Source: an uncultured Candidatus Saccharibacteria bacterium
GTDB lineage: Bacteria; Patescibacteriota; Saccharimonadia; Saccharimonadales; JAGQNJ01
Assembly: GCA_964510945.1 (NCBI GenBank)
Contig: CAZEED010000001.1
Location: 98,774 to 162,773, forward strand
Direction: 5' to 3'
DNA length: 64,000 nt
Positions 18,712-29,100 of this stretch are shown piece by piece (the stretch's first letter is position 1; the number at the start of each line of letters is the position of its first letter). The position numbers and the translations under genes were made by a program. Under the pieces are notes generated by a model that worked only from the letters and a program-made list of their open reading frames with translations, made no database searches and was not told the DNA's origin.

Positions 18712-19992
18712 ATGCAAGTAAAAAGACAAAATATCACTGATACAAAATTAACACTGACGGTTTCGGCTGATCCTAAAGATCTTGAGACAATTAAACAGAT
18801 TACACTCGAAAGACTTCGATCATCCGTAAAGCTACCAGGTTTTCGTGAAGGAAAAGTTCCTATCAATCTAGTCGAGAAAAACGTTGATCAGCAGACTTTA
18901 CAGACAGAGTTTATGGATGAAGCGCTAAATCAGTTGTATCCGCAGGCTGCGAAAAACGAAAAAATTCGACCTGTCGATAGACCCAAGATATCTATTAAAA
19001 AGTTCGTACCGTATGCAGACTTAGAATTCGAAGCAGAAGTTGAGATATTAGGACCAATAAAGCTCGCTAATTACAAAACCATAAAAAAACCTCTAAATAA
19101 AGTGTCTGTAACGGATAAAGAAGTTGACGATGTGTTGGATAATTTAGCTATAAGACAATCTAATAAAACTGAAGTTAAACGATTAGCAAAAAATTCTGAT
19201 GAAGTTTGGATTGATTTTAGTGGAGTCGACTCAAAAAACCAGCCCATTCCTGGTGCAGACGGTAAAGACTATCCTTTAGTACTTGGCAGTAAAACGTTTA
19301 TTCCTGGTTTTGAAGAAAAGTTAGTTGGTAAAAAAGCCAAAGATGAAGTCACATTTACACTGACATTTCCTAAAGACTATGGTGCAAAAAAACTTGCCGG
19401 TCAAAAAGTCACATTTACAGTGACCGTTAAAAAAGTCGAAGAAGTTACAAAACCCAAGATTGACGATGATTTTGCAAAAAACGCCGGACCATTCAAAAAC
19501 CTCGCAGGGCTAAAATCTGACATTAAAGCCCAGCTGTTGGCTGAAAAGCAAAAACAGGTGTTGCAGCAACAAGAATCAGATATTATTCGTGAAGTTACTG
19601 AAAAATCGACTGTTTCTATACCAGATTCACTTGTTACTGATCAAGTTGAACGACTGCTTCAAGATTTTAAACAAGATCTTACTTATCGTGGTTTAACCTA
19701 TCCAGAGTTTTTAAAACAAGAAGGTTTTACTAAAGAATCGTATAAAGAAGAAGTATTACTCCCTGAAGCGAAGAGTAGAGTTAAAGCTGGACTAGTATTG
19801 GCAGAAATAGCTGAAAAAGAAAGTATAAGTGTGTCGTCTGATGAGGTTGACGCAAGGATCCAGACTTTAAAAGCTCAATATACTGATCCAAAAATGCACG
19901 AAGAACTAGATAAAGAAGATTCAAAACGAGATATTTCGTCTAGGTTAATGACTGAAAAAACTATCAACCAATTAGTTAGCTATTCAAAATAA
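18712..19992 (+). CDS. tig: Trigger factor
   Basis: Ribosome-binding N-domain (GFREGKVP). FKBP-type PPIase region. C-terminal chaperone arms. Confidence 0.9.
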   Translation: MQVKRQNITDTKLTLTVSADPKDLETIKQITLERLRSSVKLPGFREGKVPINLVEKNVDQQTLQTEFMDEALNQLYPQAAKNEKIRPVDRPKISIKKFVPYADLEFEAEVEILGPIKLANYKTIKKPLNKVSVTDKEVDDVLDNLAIRQSNKTEVKRLAKNSDEVWIDFSGVDSKNQPIPGADGKDYPLVLGSKTFIPGFEEKLVGKKAKDEVTFTLTFPKDYGAKKLAGQKVTFTVTVKKVEEVTKPKIDDDFAKNAGPFKNLAGLKSDIKAQLLAEKQKQVLQQQESDIIREVTEKSTVSIPDSLVTDQVERLLQDFKQDLTYRGLTYPEFLKQEGFTKESYKEEVLLPEAKSRVKAGLVLAEIAEKESISVSSDEVDARIQTLKAQYTDPKMHEELDKEDSKRDISSRLMTEKTINQLVSYSK

Positions 19993-19995
19993 ATA

Positions 19996-20024
19996 TTGAC
20001 AAAACCACCCTTAACTTATACAAT
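19996..20024 (+). promoter_or_regulatory. Consensus-like promoter (-35 TTGACA, 17 nt, -10 TACAAT) ending 6 nt before an ATG (possible leaderless start)
   Basis: Read directly from the sequence. Confidence 0.45.
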
Positions 20025-20030
20025 AGTGTG

Positions 20031-20408
20031 ATGTCAAGGAAACCCGAATTAAACTTTGAAGACGTTCGTTCAAATGAAGATTTAGTGAATCTAGGTGTTG
20101 AGCTAGAAAGAAGATACCCTGAGCTTGAACTTGGAATTCTAACAGTCATGTCAAGATACATTGATACACAAAGAGGACCGAATGATGTTGATAACGCAGT
20201 TAACGGATTAAAAAGTTTGGTTATGAGCGGCATCGATCATAGCGACATGACTGAACAAGTAGTACAACCTCATGGTAGCGCACTTACCTCAACTACGTAC
20301 AGAAGGCTCGAAAGACGAGGAATCCTACCTGCTTTTCGGGTTGACGTATCGAAGTCGTCAGCACCAGATCATGGGGTCATTGGAAAGATCTTAACACGTA
20401 AAAACTAG
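20031..20408 (+). CDS. Hypothetical protein (about 125 aa), possibly translated from a leaderless mRNA
   Basis: ORF between tig and clpP. No recognisable motifs. Stop overlaps the CIRCE-like element. Confidence 0.35.
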   Translation: MSRKPELNFEDVRSNEDLVNLGVELERRYPELELGILTVMSRYIDTQRGPNDVDNAVNGLKSLVMSGIDHSDMTEQVVQPHGSALTSTTYRRLERRGILPAFRVDVSKSSAPDHGVIGKILTRKN

Positions 20409-20431
20409 CACTCTTGACACGAGAGTGCCAA
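20405..20431 (+). promoter_or_regulatory. CIRCE-like operator (CTAGCACTC-N9-GAGTGCCAA) with embedded TTGACA -35 upstream of clpP
   Basis: Matches the CIRCE consensus TTAGCACTC-N9-GAGTGCTAA at 16/18 positions. Lies 40 nt before the clpP ATG. Confidence 0.6.
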
Positions 20432-20470
20432 TTAATGTATTCTATTTGTACAATAAAAGGAGAGAAAATA

Positions 20471-21070
20471 ATGTCCACGAAAGCATCATCAGTATTAATC
20501 CCGACAGTTATTGAATCAGATGGTAGAGTTGAACGGGCTTATGATATATATTCGCGTTTACTCAAAGATCGAATTATATTTTTAGGCACAGACGTTAACG
20601 AGCACACTGCTAATTTAATTGTTGCTCAATTGCTGTTTCTTGAGTCTGAAGACCCAAAGAAAGATATTAAGCTATATATCAATAGTCCAGGTGGTAGTGT
20701 TTATGACGCTCTGGCAATTTATGACACTATGCAGTTTGTAAAAAACGACATAGAGACGGTTGGAATCGGTATCCAAGCTAGTGCAGCGGCATTTTTATTA
20801 AGCTCTGGAACTAAAGGTAAGCGGTTTTTGCTAAAAAACGCCACGGCAATGATCCATCAGCCTTCAGCAGGTACTCGTGGCAAGGTTACTGATATGGAGA
20901 TTGACCTTAAAGAAGGTATAAGAATTAAGCATAAATTAAACGAAATTATGGCCAAAAATACCGGTAAACCTATCAAGCAAGTCGAAAAAGACATGGACCG
21001 AGATTATTGGATGACATCTGATGAAGCAGTAAAATACGGCCTAGCCGACAAAGTCATCACCAACCGCTAA
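20471..21070 (+). CDS. clpP: ATP-dependent Clp protease proteolytic subunit
   Basis: ClpP family (Ser-His-Asp protease fold, GxSxG region with ASAAAF, MIHQP). ATG 20471 with AAAGGAGAG RBS, in frame with the longer track ORF. Confidence 0.9.
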   Translation: MSTKASSVLIPTVIESDGRVERAYDIYSRLLKDRIIFLGTDVNEHTANLIVAQLLFLESEDPKKDIKLYINSPGGSVYDALAIYDTMQFVKNDIETVGIGIQASAAAFLLSSGTKGKRFLLKNATAMIHQPSAGTRGKVTDMEIDLKEGIRIKHKLNEIMAKNTGKPIKQVEKDMDRDYWMTSDEAVKYGLADKVITNR

Positions 21071-21082
21071 AATACCCACTTT

Positions 21083-21682
21083 ATGAGTACATTGCAAAAT
21101 CGATCTGAAAAATATTTAGTATCAGTTGCCGAAGCGACTCAATGGATTGTTGAAATGGGTTTACCGGAAGAACATATACCCCAATACAATTCTTTAAATA
21201 GATTGTATTGGGGTGGACATTTTGGTCAGGCAGTAATAGTTCTCGCTAACCAAGAGCCAGTAAATCGCAGTATGGATCTAGGTCTAATCTATGCCGCAGT
21301 AAGTGCTCGTAACTCTTGCAGCTATTTGGGGACACCAATTAAATCTCGACAAGATCAATTCGCTAAATCGTATAGTAAATTCGGTAAAGCATGGGCAGCT
21401 GCAGATAATAGGTTCCAGAAGGGATTAGAGCCCAGTATGATGGGTGCGTTAGCATTTGTGTTCGCTCCATCAAAGAGCGAATTAAGTTCTCCAATACCTG
21501 GTGGTGTACTTATCGCGGCACATCCCTCAAATTCTGAATATTTGCCGGATTTCTGCGGATTGTATGGGTGGGATACTAATAGATATGCGCCTTTTGAGGA
21601 TGAAGATCATAAAGTCGGCGCAGCAGAAGACCATTACCCTAATAGACTCGGATTCCTATTACCTGAAGTTCAGCCAAACTAG
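21083..21682 (+). CDS. Hypothetical cytoplasmic protein (199 aa)
   Basis: ORF with no recognisable motifs. Occupies the position where clpX normally follows clpP. Confidence 0.55.
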   Translation: MSTLQNRSEKYLVSVAEATQWIVEMGLPEEHIPQYNSLNRLYWGGHFGQAVIVLANQEPVNRSMDLGLIYAAVSARNSCSYLGTPIKSRQDQFAKSYSKFGKAWAAADNRFQKGLEPSMMGALAFVFAPSKSELSSPIPGGVLIAAHPSNSEYLPDFCGLYGWDTNRYAPFEDEDHKVGAAEDHYPNRLGFLLPEVQPN

Positions 21683-21696
21683 TCTTGGATCAATAA

Positions 21697-21786
21697 ATCT
21701 ATGAAGACACGGATAGGGATTACTGGATGACTTCGGACGAAGCAGTAAAATACGGTCTAGCCGACAAAGTCATCACAAACCGTTAG
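21697..21786 (+). pseudogene. Diverged duplicate of the clpP 3' end (encodes [29 protein letters not shown])
   Basis: About 80 nt alignable to clpP 20990-21070. Many synonymous differences, with the encoded peptide identical except for a single Met-to-Thr substitution. Confidence 0.7.
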
Positions 21787-21824
21787 TACTTGCTAATTTT
21801 GAATATCGAGAATACAGTTTTAAT

Positions 21825-22457
21825 ATGGCGAAACTAGAACAGATAACTGCACATCGAGCTACTACACAATTAATGCCAGTGCGTCGGTTCGTCGAAAGAC
21901 ATAGATTTGATTTATCAAGAAATGCACCAGCTACACTTGATCGTTTCGGATCATTTTTCTCAACCGTTGTTAATGTGGGTAGATACGCAATCGATCCGTC
22001 AATCTTACAGTTTTTAGTCAGAGAAGATAAAACAAACCGCATGATGGGATTTGCAACTATAATTCCTAACATTGTTGTTGAGCCGCCGGTAGGAGCAGCT
22101 GTTACAGGAAATTATCTTGATTACGTTCTCTCTGACTCGGTATCAGAGTCAATTCACGAGTCTGTTTCTAAGGCTTTACTTAGACGGAACGAAAAGTATG
22201 AACTAAAATATCATGGCATATCAGAGTCTAGATTTGTCGGAGAAGAAACGTATGCTCAAGTGAATACTATTGCAGTTAATCGGTTCCCTGAAAGAGATAG
22301 GTATGACATACCCAACAGGGGTTTAATCCGAATGATTCCACCCCTAACGGGGGTAGTTTCGCTTGAATCACCACAAGTTACTGGTCTTGAAACGCAAGGA
22401 TTCGTTCCTTCAGATCAGGTTGTGTTTCACTATATGTCAAACCGAGCAGTCAGTTAG
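21825..22457 (+). CDS. Hypothetical protein (210 aa)
   Basis: ORF with no recognisable motifs. Sits 39 nt after the clpP-fragment copy. Confidence 0.55.
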   Translation: MAKLEQITAHRATTQLMPVRRFVERHRFDLSRNAPATLDRFGSFFSTVVNVGRYAIDPSILQFLVREDKTNRMMGFATIIPNIVVEPPVGAAVTGNYLDYVLSDSVSESIHESVSKALLRRNEKYELKYHGISESRFVGEETYAQVNTIAVNRFPERDRYDIPNRGLIRMIPPLTGVVSLESPQVTGLETQGFVPSDQVVFHYMSNRAVS

Positions 22458-22631
22458 TTTAGCATTTCCTACTACAATAAGCGCTTGACATAATTAAATT
22501 GTTATATAAACTATGATTCAAGAAGTAGGGTAAGCGGGCCTTGCTATGATTTATCAAAAAATTGTGTGAGCTACCCCTTAGAGATCTTCGTTCAAAATCA
22601 ATCTAACAGATTCAAGGAGAACTTGCTCTAT

Positions 22632-25600
22632 ATGGCAAAGTCGCTAACGCTCACGTCTGGTAAACGGCAATATTTCACAAAAACAGAAAACATCTTAGAT
22701 CTACCAAATTTAGTTGACCACCAAAACAAATCTTTTCAATGGTTCATCGAAGAAGGCCTCGGCGAATTACTAGCAGAAGTTAGTCCAATCGAAGACTACA
22801 CAGGCACAAAATTATCACTAAGCTTCAAAGACTATCGATTCGAAAAGCCAAAACTAACAGAACAAGAAGCTCGCGAGAATAACGTAAGTTTTGACGCGCC
22901 TCTTAAAGCGACAGTTGTTCTTACTAATAAAGTTACCGGTGAAGTTAAAAAACAAGAGATTTATCTTGGCGATTATCCATGTATGACCTCACGGGGAACT
23001 TTTGTGATTAATGGCGCAGAACGTGTTGTAGTAAGCCAGCTTATTAGATCAGCTGGCGTTTTCTTTACTAGCGAACAAAGCGCAGGGAAGAATTTGTACG
23101 GAGCCAAGGTTATTCCCGGACGAGGTGCGTGGCTAGAATTTGAGACATCCGCCAAAGGCGCAATGTTTGTAAAAATTGATCGAAAACGAAAAATTCCTGT
23201 TACTACACTGCTTAGAGCATTAGGTGTTTCTGATGCCAAGATGAAAGAAGAATTTGCTCATGTTGATCAAGGTAGTGAAAGTTACATTGACATGACTCTT
23301 GATAAAGATCCGGCTCGAGGCACAAATGAAGCCTTAATTGAAGTCTACAGACGTCTTCGACCAGGGGATCTTGCTACAGTTGATAACGCTCGTAGCTTGC
23401 TTGAAAACATGTTCTATAACTTTAAACGTTTTGATTTTAGTCGTGTCGGAAGATACAAAATCAACAAACGCTTAGATATCGATCTACCAAATACTATCGA
23501 AAACCGAGTGATGAGATTAGAAGACCTCATCGCAATTATTGCTGAAATTATTCGACTTAATAATACACAAGAACCGGCTGATGACATTGACTCGCTTGCA
23601 AATAGGCGAGTCAAATTAGTTGGAGAGCTTGTTCAGCGTCAGTTCCGTATCGGATTACTTCGAATGGAGAGAAACACTAAAGACCGAATGTCGATGAGTG
23701 AGATTGAGACAGTTACACCAGGTCAACTGATTAACGCACGTCCAGTTGTTGCTGCGGTTAGAGAATTCTTCGCTAGTTCGCAGTTATCTCAGTTTATGGA
23801 TCAGATTAACCCGTTGTCAGAGCTTGCACACAAAAGACGATTGAGCTCAATGGGCCCGGGTGGATTATCAAGAGAGCGAGCCGGCTTTGAGGTTAGAGAT
23901 GCGCACGCTACACACTATGGCCGTATTTGCGCGGTTGAAACACCTGAAGGTGCCAATATTGGTTTAGTGTTAAACATGGCAACTTATGCTCGAATTAATG
24001 ATTACGGATTTATTGAAACGCCTTATCGAAAAGTAACTAACGCTGTAACAGCCAAAAAAGCTGCCGGACACATTGCCGCAGTAAACCTAGAAAATGAAAA
24101 AGGCGCAGTAATCGTTAAAGCAGGTGAAAAAATCTCAGATGCTCAGGCTAAAAAACTCGAAGCCGTTAAAAAACAAGTTACTTGGCCGATAAAAGCCAAA
24201 GCAACCGATGAAATAATATATTTAGATGCCTTCGAAGAAGGAAAAGCCGTTATTGCCAGTGCTGGAGAAACAATTGATGACGACGGTTATTTCGTTAATG
24301 ATCGTGTTTCTGCTCGAATCCGACTAAAAACTGGTGAGATCGACGCTAACGAAGTTACTCATATGGATGCTTCTAGACGTCAGATCATTGGATCAAGTGC
24401 GGGATTGATTCCATTCATTGAGAAAAACTATGTTTATAGGAGTTTGATGGGAAGCAACCAGCAACGTCAAGCAGTACCGCTAATTAATCCACAATCTCCA
24501 ATTGTTGGAACTGGTCTAGAATCGACTGTAGCTGAAAATACTGGACAACTAATTGTTGCCGAGGAAAATGGAGAAATCATCAAAGCCGAAGCTGATGAAG
24601 TTGTAATTAAATACAATAAATTAGGTAAGAGAAGCTACTATCCACAACATTTTGTACGAAGTAACGAAGGAAGTTGTATTAATCAAAAGGTCGTGGTAAA
24701 TACTGGCGATAAAGTTAAAGCCGGTACACCGCTTATTGAGGGAATGTCTATTCAAGGTGGAGAGTTAGCGTTAGGAAAAGACCTAATCGTGGCATTTATG
24801 CCATGGAAAGGCTATAACTTTGAAGACGCTGTAATTATCTCTAGAAAACTTGTTGAAGATGATACTTTGACATCAATTCATATCGTCGACTTTATGACTG
24901 AAGTTAGAGAGACAAAACTTGGACCAGAAATCGTTACAAGAGATATTCCGAACGTCTCAGAAGAAGCATTAAGGCACCTTGATGATGACGGAATAGTGCG
25001 GATTGGTGCAGAAGTACATCCTGGGGATATTTTAGTAGGAAAGATTACACCAAAGGGTGAGCAAGAGCTGTCAAGCGAAGAACGACTTCTTCGAGCAATC
25101 TTTGGTGAAAAAGCTAAAGATGTTAGAGATACATCACAGCGCATGAGTAACGGTAAACACGGAAAAGTTGTTGGAGTCAAAGTATTCTCTAGAGAAAATG
25201 GTCATGAACTAAAAGCCGGTGTCATCATGCAGATTCAAGTCTTTGTGGCACAAATGCGCAAGATCGCTGTAGGTGATAAATTAGGTGGTCGACACGGTAA
25301 CAAGGGTGTAATCGCCCGAATACTTCCAGTTGAAGATATGCCATTTATGGAAGACGGAACGCCTGTAGACATCATCCTAAACCCTCTAGGTGTGCCGAGT
25401 CGTATGAACATTGGACAATTATTTGAGACTCACTTAGGTATGGCTGCGCACGCTTTAGGCTTTAAAGTTGCTACTCCACCATTTAATGGCGTGCCTCTAG
25501 AAAAGATCCGTAGCCTCCTTAAAGAAGCGGGACTTCCTGAAACAGGCAAACAACAGTTATATGATGGAAGAACTGGCGATAGATTTACAGAATTAACTAC

Positions 25601-26171
25601 TGTTGGTTCAATGTACATGATCAAACTAAATCACATGATTGTAGATAAAATCCATGCTCGTTCAACCGGACCATACACAATGGTTACACAACAACCTTTG
25701 GGTGGTAAAGCTCAGAATGGTGGTCAAAGATTTGGAGAAATGGAAGTATGGGCTTTAGAGGCTTACGGCGCCGCCCACACTCTACAAGAGATGCTAACTA
25801 TTAAGTCTGACGATGTTTACGGACGTTCAAAAGCTTACGAGTCAATTATTAAAGGAACAGAAATTGTTGGACCGAAGGTCCCTGAAAGCTTTAACGTTCT
25901 TGTTAAAGAACTTCAAGGACTAGGACTAAAAGTTGATCTGTTTACTAAAGAAAAAGCCATCGATGCTGAAGATATTCTGTCAGAAAATATCAAAACTGAA
26001 GGAAGTCATCCTTCTGATATAGATGTACCTCAGCCTGAAGCATCAGAAGTTGACGTTACAGAAGACGTAACAATAGATGAATTTGACGTAATGGATATCG
26101 ACAGTACGGCTCCGGAGAATGAAGTTACACTGGATGCACCTATCGACGGAAAGGAGATGGAAAATGCGTAG
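22632..26171 (+). CDS. rpoB: DNA-directed RNA polymerase subunit beta
   Basis: Full RpoB conserved blocks. ATG 22632 (MAKSLTL) with AAGGAGA RBS is preferred over the GTG at 22566. Acidic C-terminal tail. Confidence 0.92.
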   Translation: MAKSLTLTSGKRQYFTKTENILDLPNLVDHQNKSFQWFIEEGLGELLAEVSPIEDYTGTKLSLSFKDYRFEKPKLTEQEARENNVSFDAPLKATVVLTNKVTGEVKKQEIYLGDYPCMTSRGTFVINGAERVVVSQLIRSAGVFFTSEQSAGKNLYGAKVIPGRGAWLEFETSAKGAMFVKIDRKRKIPVTTLLRALGVSDAKMKEEFAHVDQGSESYIDMTLDKDPARGTNEALIEVYRRLRPGDLATVDNARSLLENMFYNFKRFDFSRVGRYKINKRLDIDLPNTIENRVMRLEDLIAIIAEIIRLNNTQEPADDIDSLANRRVKLVGELVQRQFRIGLLRMERNTKDRMSMSEIETVTPGQLINARPVVAAVREFFASSQLSQFMDQINPLSELAHKRRLSSMGPGGLSRERAGFEVRDAHATHYGRICAVETPEGANIGLVLNMATYARINDYGFIETPYRKVTNAVTAKKAAGHIAAVNLENEKGAVIVKAGEKISDAQAKKLEAVKKQVTWPIKAKATDEIIYLDAFEEGKAVIASAGETIDDDGYFVNDRVSARIRLKTGEIDANEVTHMDASRRQIIGSSAGLIPFIEKNYVYRSLMGSNQQRQAVPLINPQSPIVGTGLESTVAENTGQLIVAEENGEIIKAEADEVVIKYNKLGKRSYYPQHFVRSNEGSCINQKVVVNTGDKVKAGTPLIEGMSIQGGELALGKDLIVAFMPWKGYNFEDAVIISRKLVEDDTLTSIHIVDFMTEVRETKLGPEIVTRDIPNVSEEALRHLDDDGIVRIGAEVHPGDILVGKITPKGEQELSSEERLLRAIFGEKAKDVRDTSQRMSNGKHGKVVGVKVFSRENGHELKAGVIMQIQVFVAQMRKIAVGDKLGGRHGNKGVIARILPVEDMPFMEDGTPVDIILNPLGVPSRMNIGQLFETHLGMAAHALGFKVATPPFNGVPLEKIRSLLKEAGLPETGKQQLYDGRTGDRFTELTTVGSMYMIKLNHMIVDKIHARSTGPYTMVTQQPLGGKAQNGGQRFGEMEVWALEAYGAAHTLQEMLTIKSDDVYGRSKAYESIIKGTEIVGPKVPESFNVLVKELQGLGLKVDLFTKEKAIDAEDILSENIKTEGSHPSDIDVPQPEASEVDVTEDVTIDEFDVMDIDSTAPENEVTLDAPIDGKEMENA

Positions 26172-29100
26172 ATATTCACATGGACCTGACATAACAGATT
26201 TTGATGCAGTGAGACTTGCAGTTGCAAGTTCAGCTGATATTTCAGACTGGTCATACGGAGAGGTTACAAAACCAGAGACTATAAACTACCGAACTCAAAA
26301 ACCAGAACGAGATGGACTGTTTTGTGAAAGGATCTTTGGACCAGTTAAAGATATCAATCCACATGACGCTAAATATAAAGGCGTTAGATCAAGAGAAGCT
26401 GCAGTTGATAAAAAAGGTGAGATCGTTACTCGTAGTATTGTGCGACGTGAAAGAATGGGCCATATTCAACTTGCATCACCAGTTGCACATATTTGGTTCT
26501 TACGAGGCACACCATCAGCGATGGGGCTACTACTTGGCTTGACTGTAAAAAATCTTGAGCGTGTTGCCTACTTCGCTAGTTACATCATTAAAAAAGTCGA
26601 CGTTAAGAAGCGCGATCAACTACTAACTGATAGAGAAGCGCAGACTGATGCAGCAAAACAAGCTATTGACGCCAGATATGAGGCTGAAGCTAAAAAAGAC
26701 GATGCCAATATTAAAGCACTTGCCGAAATGCGTACTAAAGAGCTTGAAGAGTTGGTTAACGAGTTTAACGAGTTTAAAGAACAAATTGATATGTTAGTCG
26801 AATACGGCCTTATCAACGAAGGTGACTATCAAAACCTTCCGGATAATTTGAAAGAAATCATCGAAGTTGGTATGGGCGGTAACGCTTTGAAACAAATGCT
26901 AGACGAGATTGAACTTGAAGATCTAATTAAACAACTCAATGAAGAAGCTGAAGGCGCAAAAGGCCAACGTAAGAAAAAACTACTAAAACGTCTAAGATTA
27001 CTCGAGAGCATGAATAGAGCTGGTATAAAGCCTAACTCTATGTGTTTACAAGTTTTGCCAGTTATACCTCCAGACCTTCGTCCAATGGTTCAGTTGACTG
27101 GCGGTAGGTTTGCTACATCAGACCTAAACGATCTTTACAGACGTGTTATCAACCGAAATAATCGATTGAAAAAACTAATTGACCTAAATGCTCCAGAAGT
27201 TATTTGCCGTAACGAGCAGAGAATGCTTCAAGAAGCTGTCGACGCACTAATTGATAACGGCAATGCCCGCTCTGGACGTGCAGTAGCAGCATCCGGTCAA
27301 CGACGACGCCTAAAGTCACTTAGCGATATGCTTAAGGGTAAACAAGGACGTTTCCGTCAAAACTTGCTTGGTAAACGTGTAGATTATTCTGGTCGTTCAG
27401 TCATTGTATCTGGACCAGAGCTTAAGATTGACCAATGTGGACTGCCGAAGATGATGGCTCTAGAATTGTTCAAACCATTTGTAATAGGGTCGTTAATAGA
27501 AAACGATTACGCGCACAACATTAGAAGTGCGACAAGAATGATTGAGCTAGGCGAAACACCAGTTTGGGATGCACTAGATGAGGTTATTAAAGAAAAATAT
27601 GTATTGCTAAACCGTGCTCCAAGTCTTCACAGATTAAGTATCCAGTCGTTTAAGCCGATTCTTATTGAAGGTAAAGCTATTCAGCTTCACCCACTAGTTT
27701 GTAGAGGTTTTAACGCTGACTTCGATGGAGACCAAATGGCTGTACATTTGCCGTTATCTGATGCTTCACAAAAAGAAGCTAAAGAAATAATGGCTGCAAA
27801 TAAAAACCTATTGAAGCCAGCAGATGGTTCACCGATACTACACATAGAACAAGATATTGTGCTTGGATGTTACTACTTGACATATATAAAGCCAGGTAGC
27901 GAGACTAAACCAAGAGCCTTTAAATCCCTAGAAGAAGCGATGATGGCTTATGATTGCGAGTATATCAAGCTTCAATCCGCTGTACGTGTTCCATTTAGAG
28001 GTAAAGTACAAGAAACTACATTAGGTAGACTACTCTTCAACGAGATCTTCCCAGAGGATTTTGAATTTCACAATACTACAATGACCAAAAAACTTTTAGG
28101 ACAGGTTATGTCTGAAGTTTACGAGAAGTATGGTCAAGACGTAACTGCTGAAATTGCAGATGACTTAAAAGATATTGGATTCGAATATGCGACAGTTTCT
28201 GGTCTGTCTCTCGGAATCTCAGATTTTAGCGATATTGTTGGGCTAGATAAGAAACTAAGTGAAGGTGAAACAAAATCTGCAGATATTAGCACACAATACA
28301 ATGAAGGGTTCATTACAGATGATGAGCGCTATAGACTAACTGTGAATAACTGGAAAACAATTGATTCTGACATTCAAGAAATGCTAACCAAACAATTTAC
28401 ACAAGAAGACAGTGCCATGGCTACAGCTGTGACATCTGGAGCTAGAGGTAATATTGGACAGGTTAAAACTGCTGTTGGAATGCTTGGAATTACTCAGGAT
28501 ACTACTGGACGAGCTATTGAGCTTCCAATTAGATCTAGCTACAAAAAAGGTCTAAATCCATTGGAATACTTTACCGCGACACGTGGTGCTCGAAAGCAAA
28601 TGATTGATACAGCCCTAAAAACCGCTGACTCAGGATATTTGACTCGACGTTTAGTAGACGTGAGTCAAGATGTATTTACCGATGATGAAGAGGCGCCAGA
28701 TCCTGGCTTCCCAGTTTATAGGTCTGATTCGATTGAAATTGGCGTAACCCTTGGTTCTCGACTTGAAGGCCGATTTGCGGCTGAGACAGTCAAGCCACAT
28801 ATTAAAAAGGGTGAACTGATAACTAGAGCCATTGCTGAGATGATCGATAAAGACTTGAGTATTGAATCAGTTAAGATTATGAGCGTTCTAAGTTGTAGTA
28901 GCCCTCGCGGTATTAGCCGAAAATCTTATGGTATTGACCCAGCTACTGGTAACCTTGTCAGTGCGTACTATCCTGTTGGGGTAGTAGCAGCGCAAAGTAT
29001 TGGTGAACCGGGTACACAGTTGACTCTAAGAAGTTATCACGCTGGTGGACAATCGGTTGAAGATATAACAACTGGTCTGCCGCGTGTTGAAGAACTTTTC

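Noticed and set aside
21501-21704. 67-aa ORF overlapping the 3' end of ORF 21083-21682
   Set aside because: Alternate-frame overlap with a longer ORF. Its end coincides with the start of the clpP-fragment region. No supporting signals.
22566-22631. Upstream alternative starts: GTG 22566 for rpoB, 26119 for rpoC, 20414 for clpP, 44774 for rpsH, 16979 for hisS, 2688 for nusA
   Set aside because: Internal ATGs with proper RBS and canonical protein N-termini (MAKSLTL.., MRRYSHGPD.., MSTKASS.., MKIVGS.., MKLSTQ.., MDLDMKQ..) are more plausible. The longer forms would overlap the upstream gene or operator.
22973-23239. Reverse-strand ORFs inside rpoB/rpoC/fusA/secY and other conserved genes (e.g., 22973-23239, 24878-25180, 29037-29510, 31710-31967, 47713-48003)
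   Set aside because: They lie antisense within highly conserved, clearly coding genes, have low-complexity Ser/Thr/Pro-rich translations and no start context. Treated as spurious.
25990-26171. Acidic C-terminal tail of RpoB as a separate feature
   Set aside because: Low-complexity D/E-rich extension continuous with the rpoB frame. Lineage-specific tails are common and not independently interpretable.
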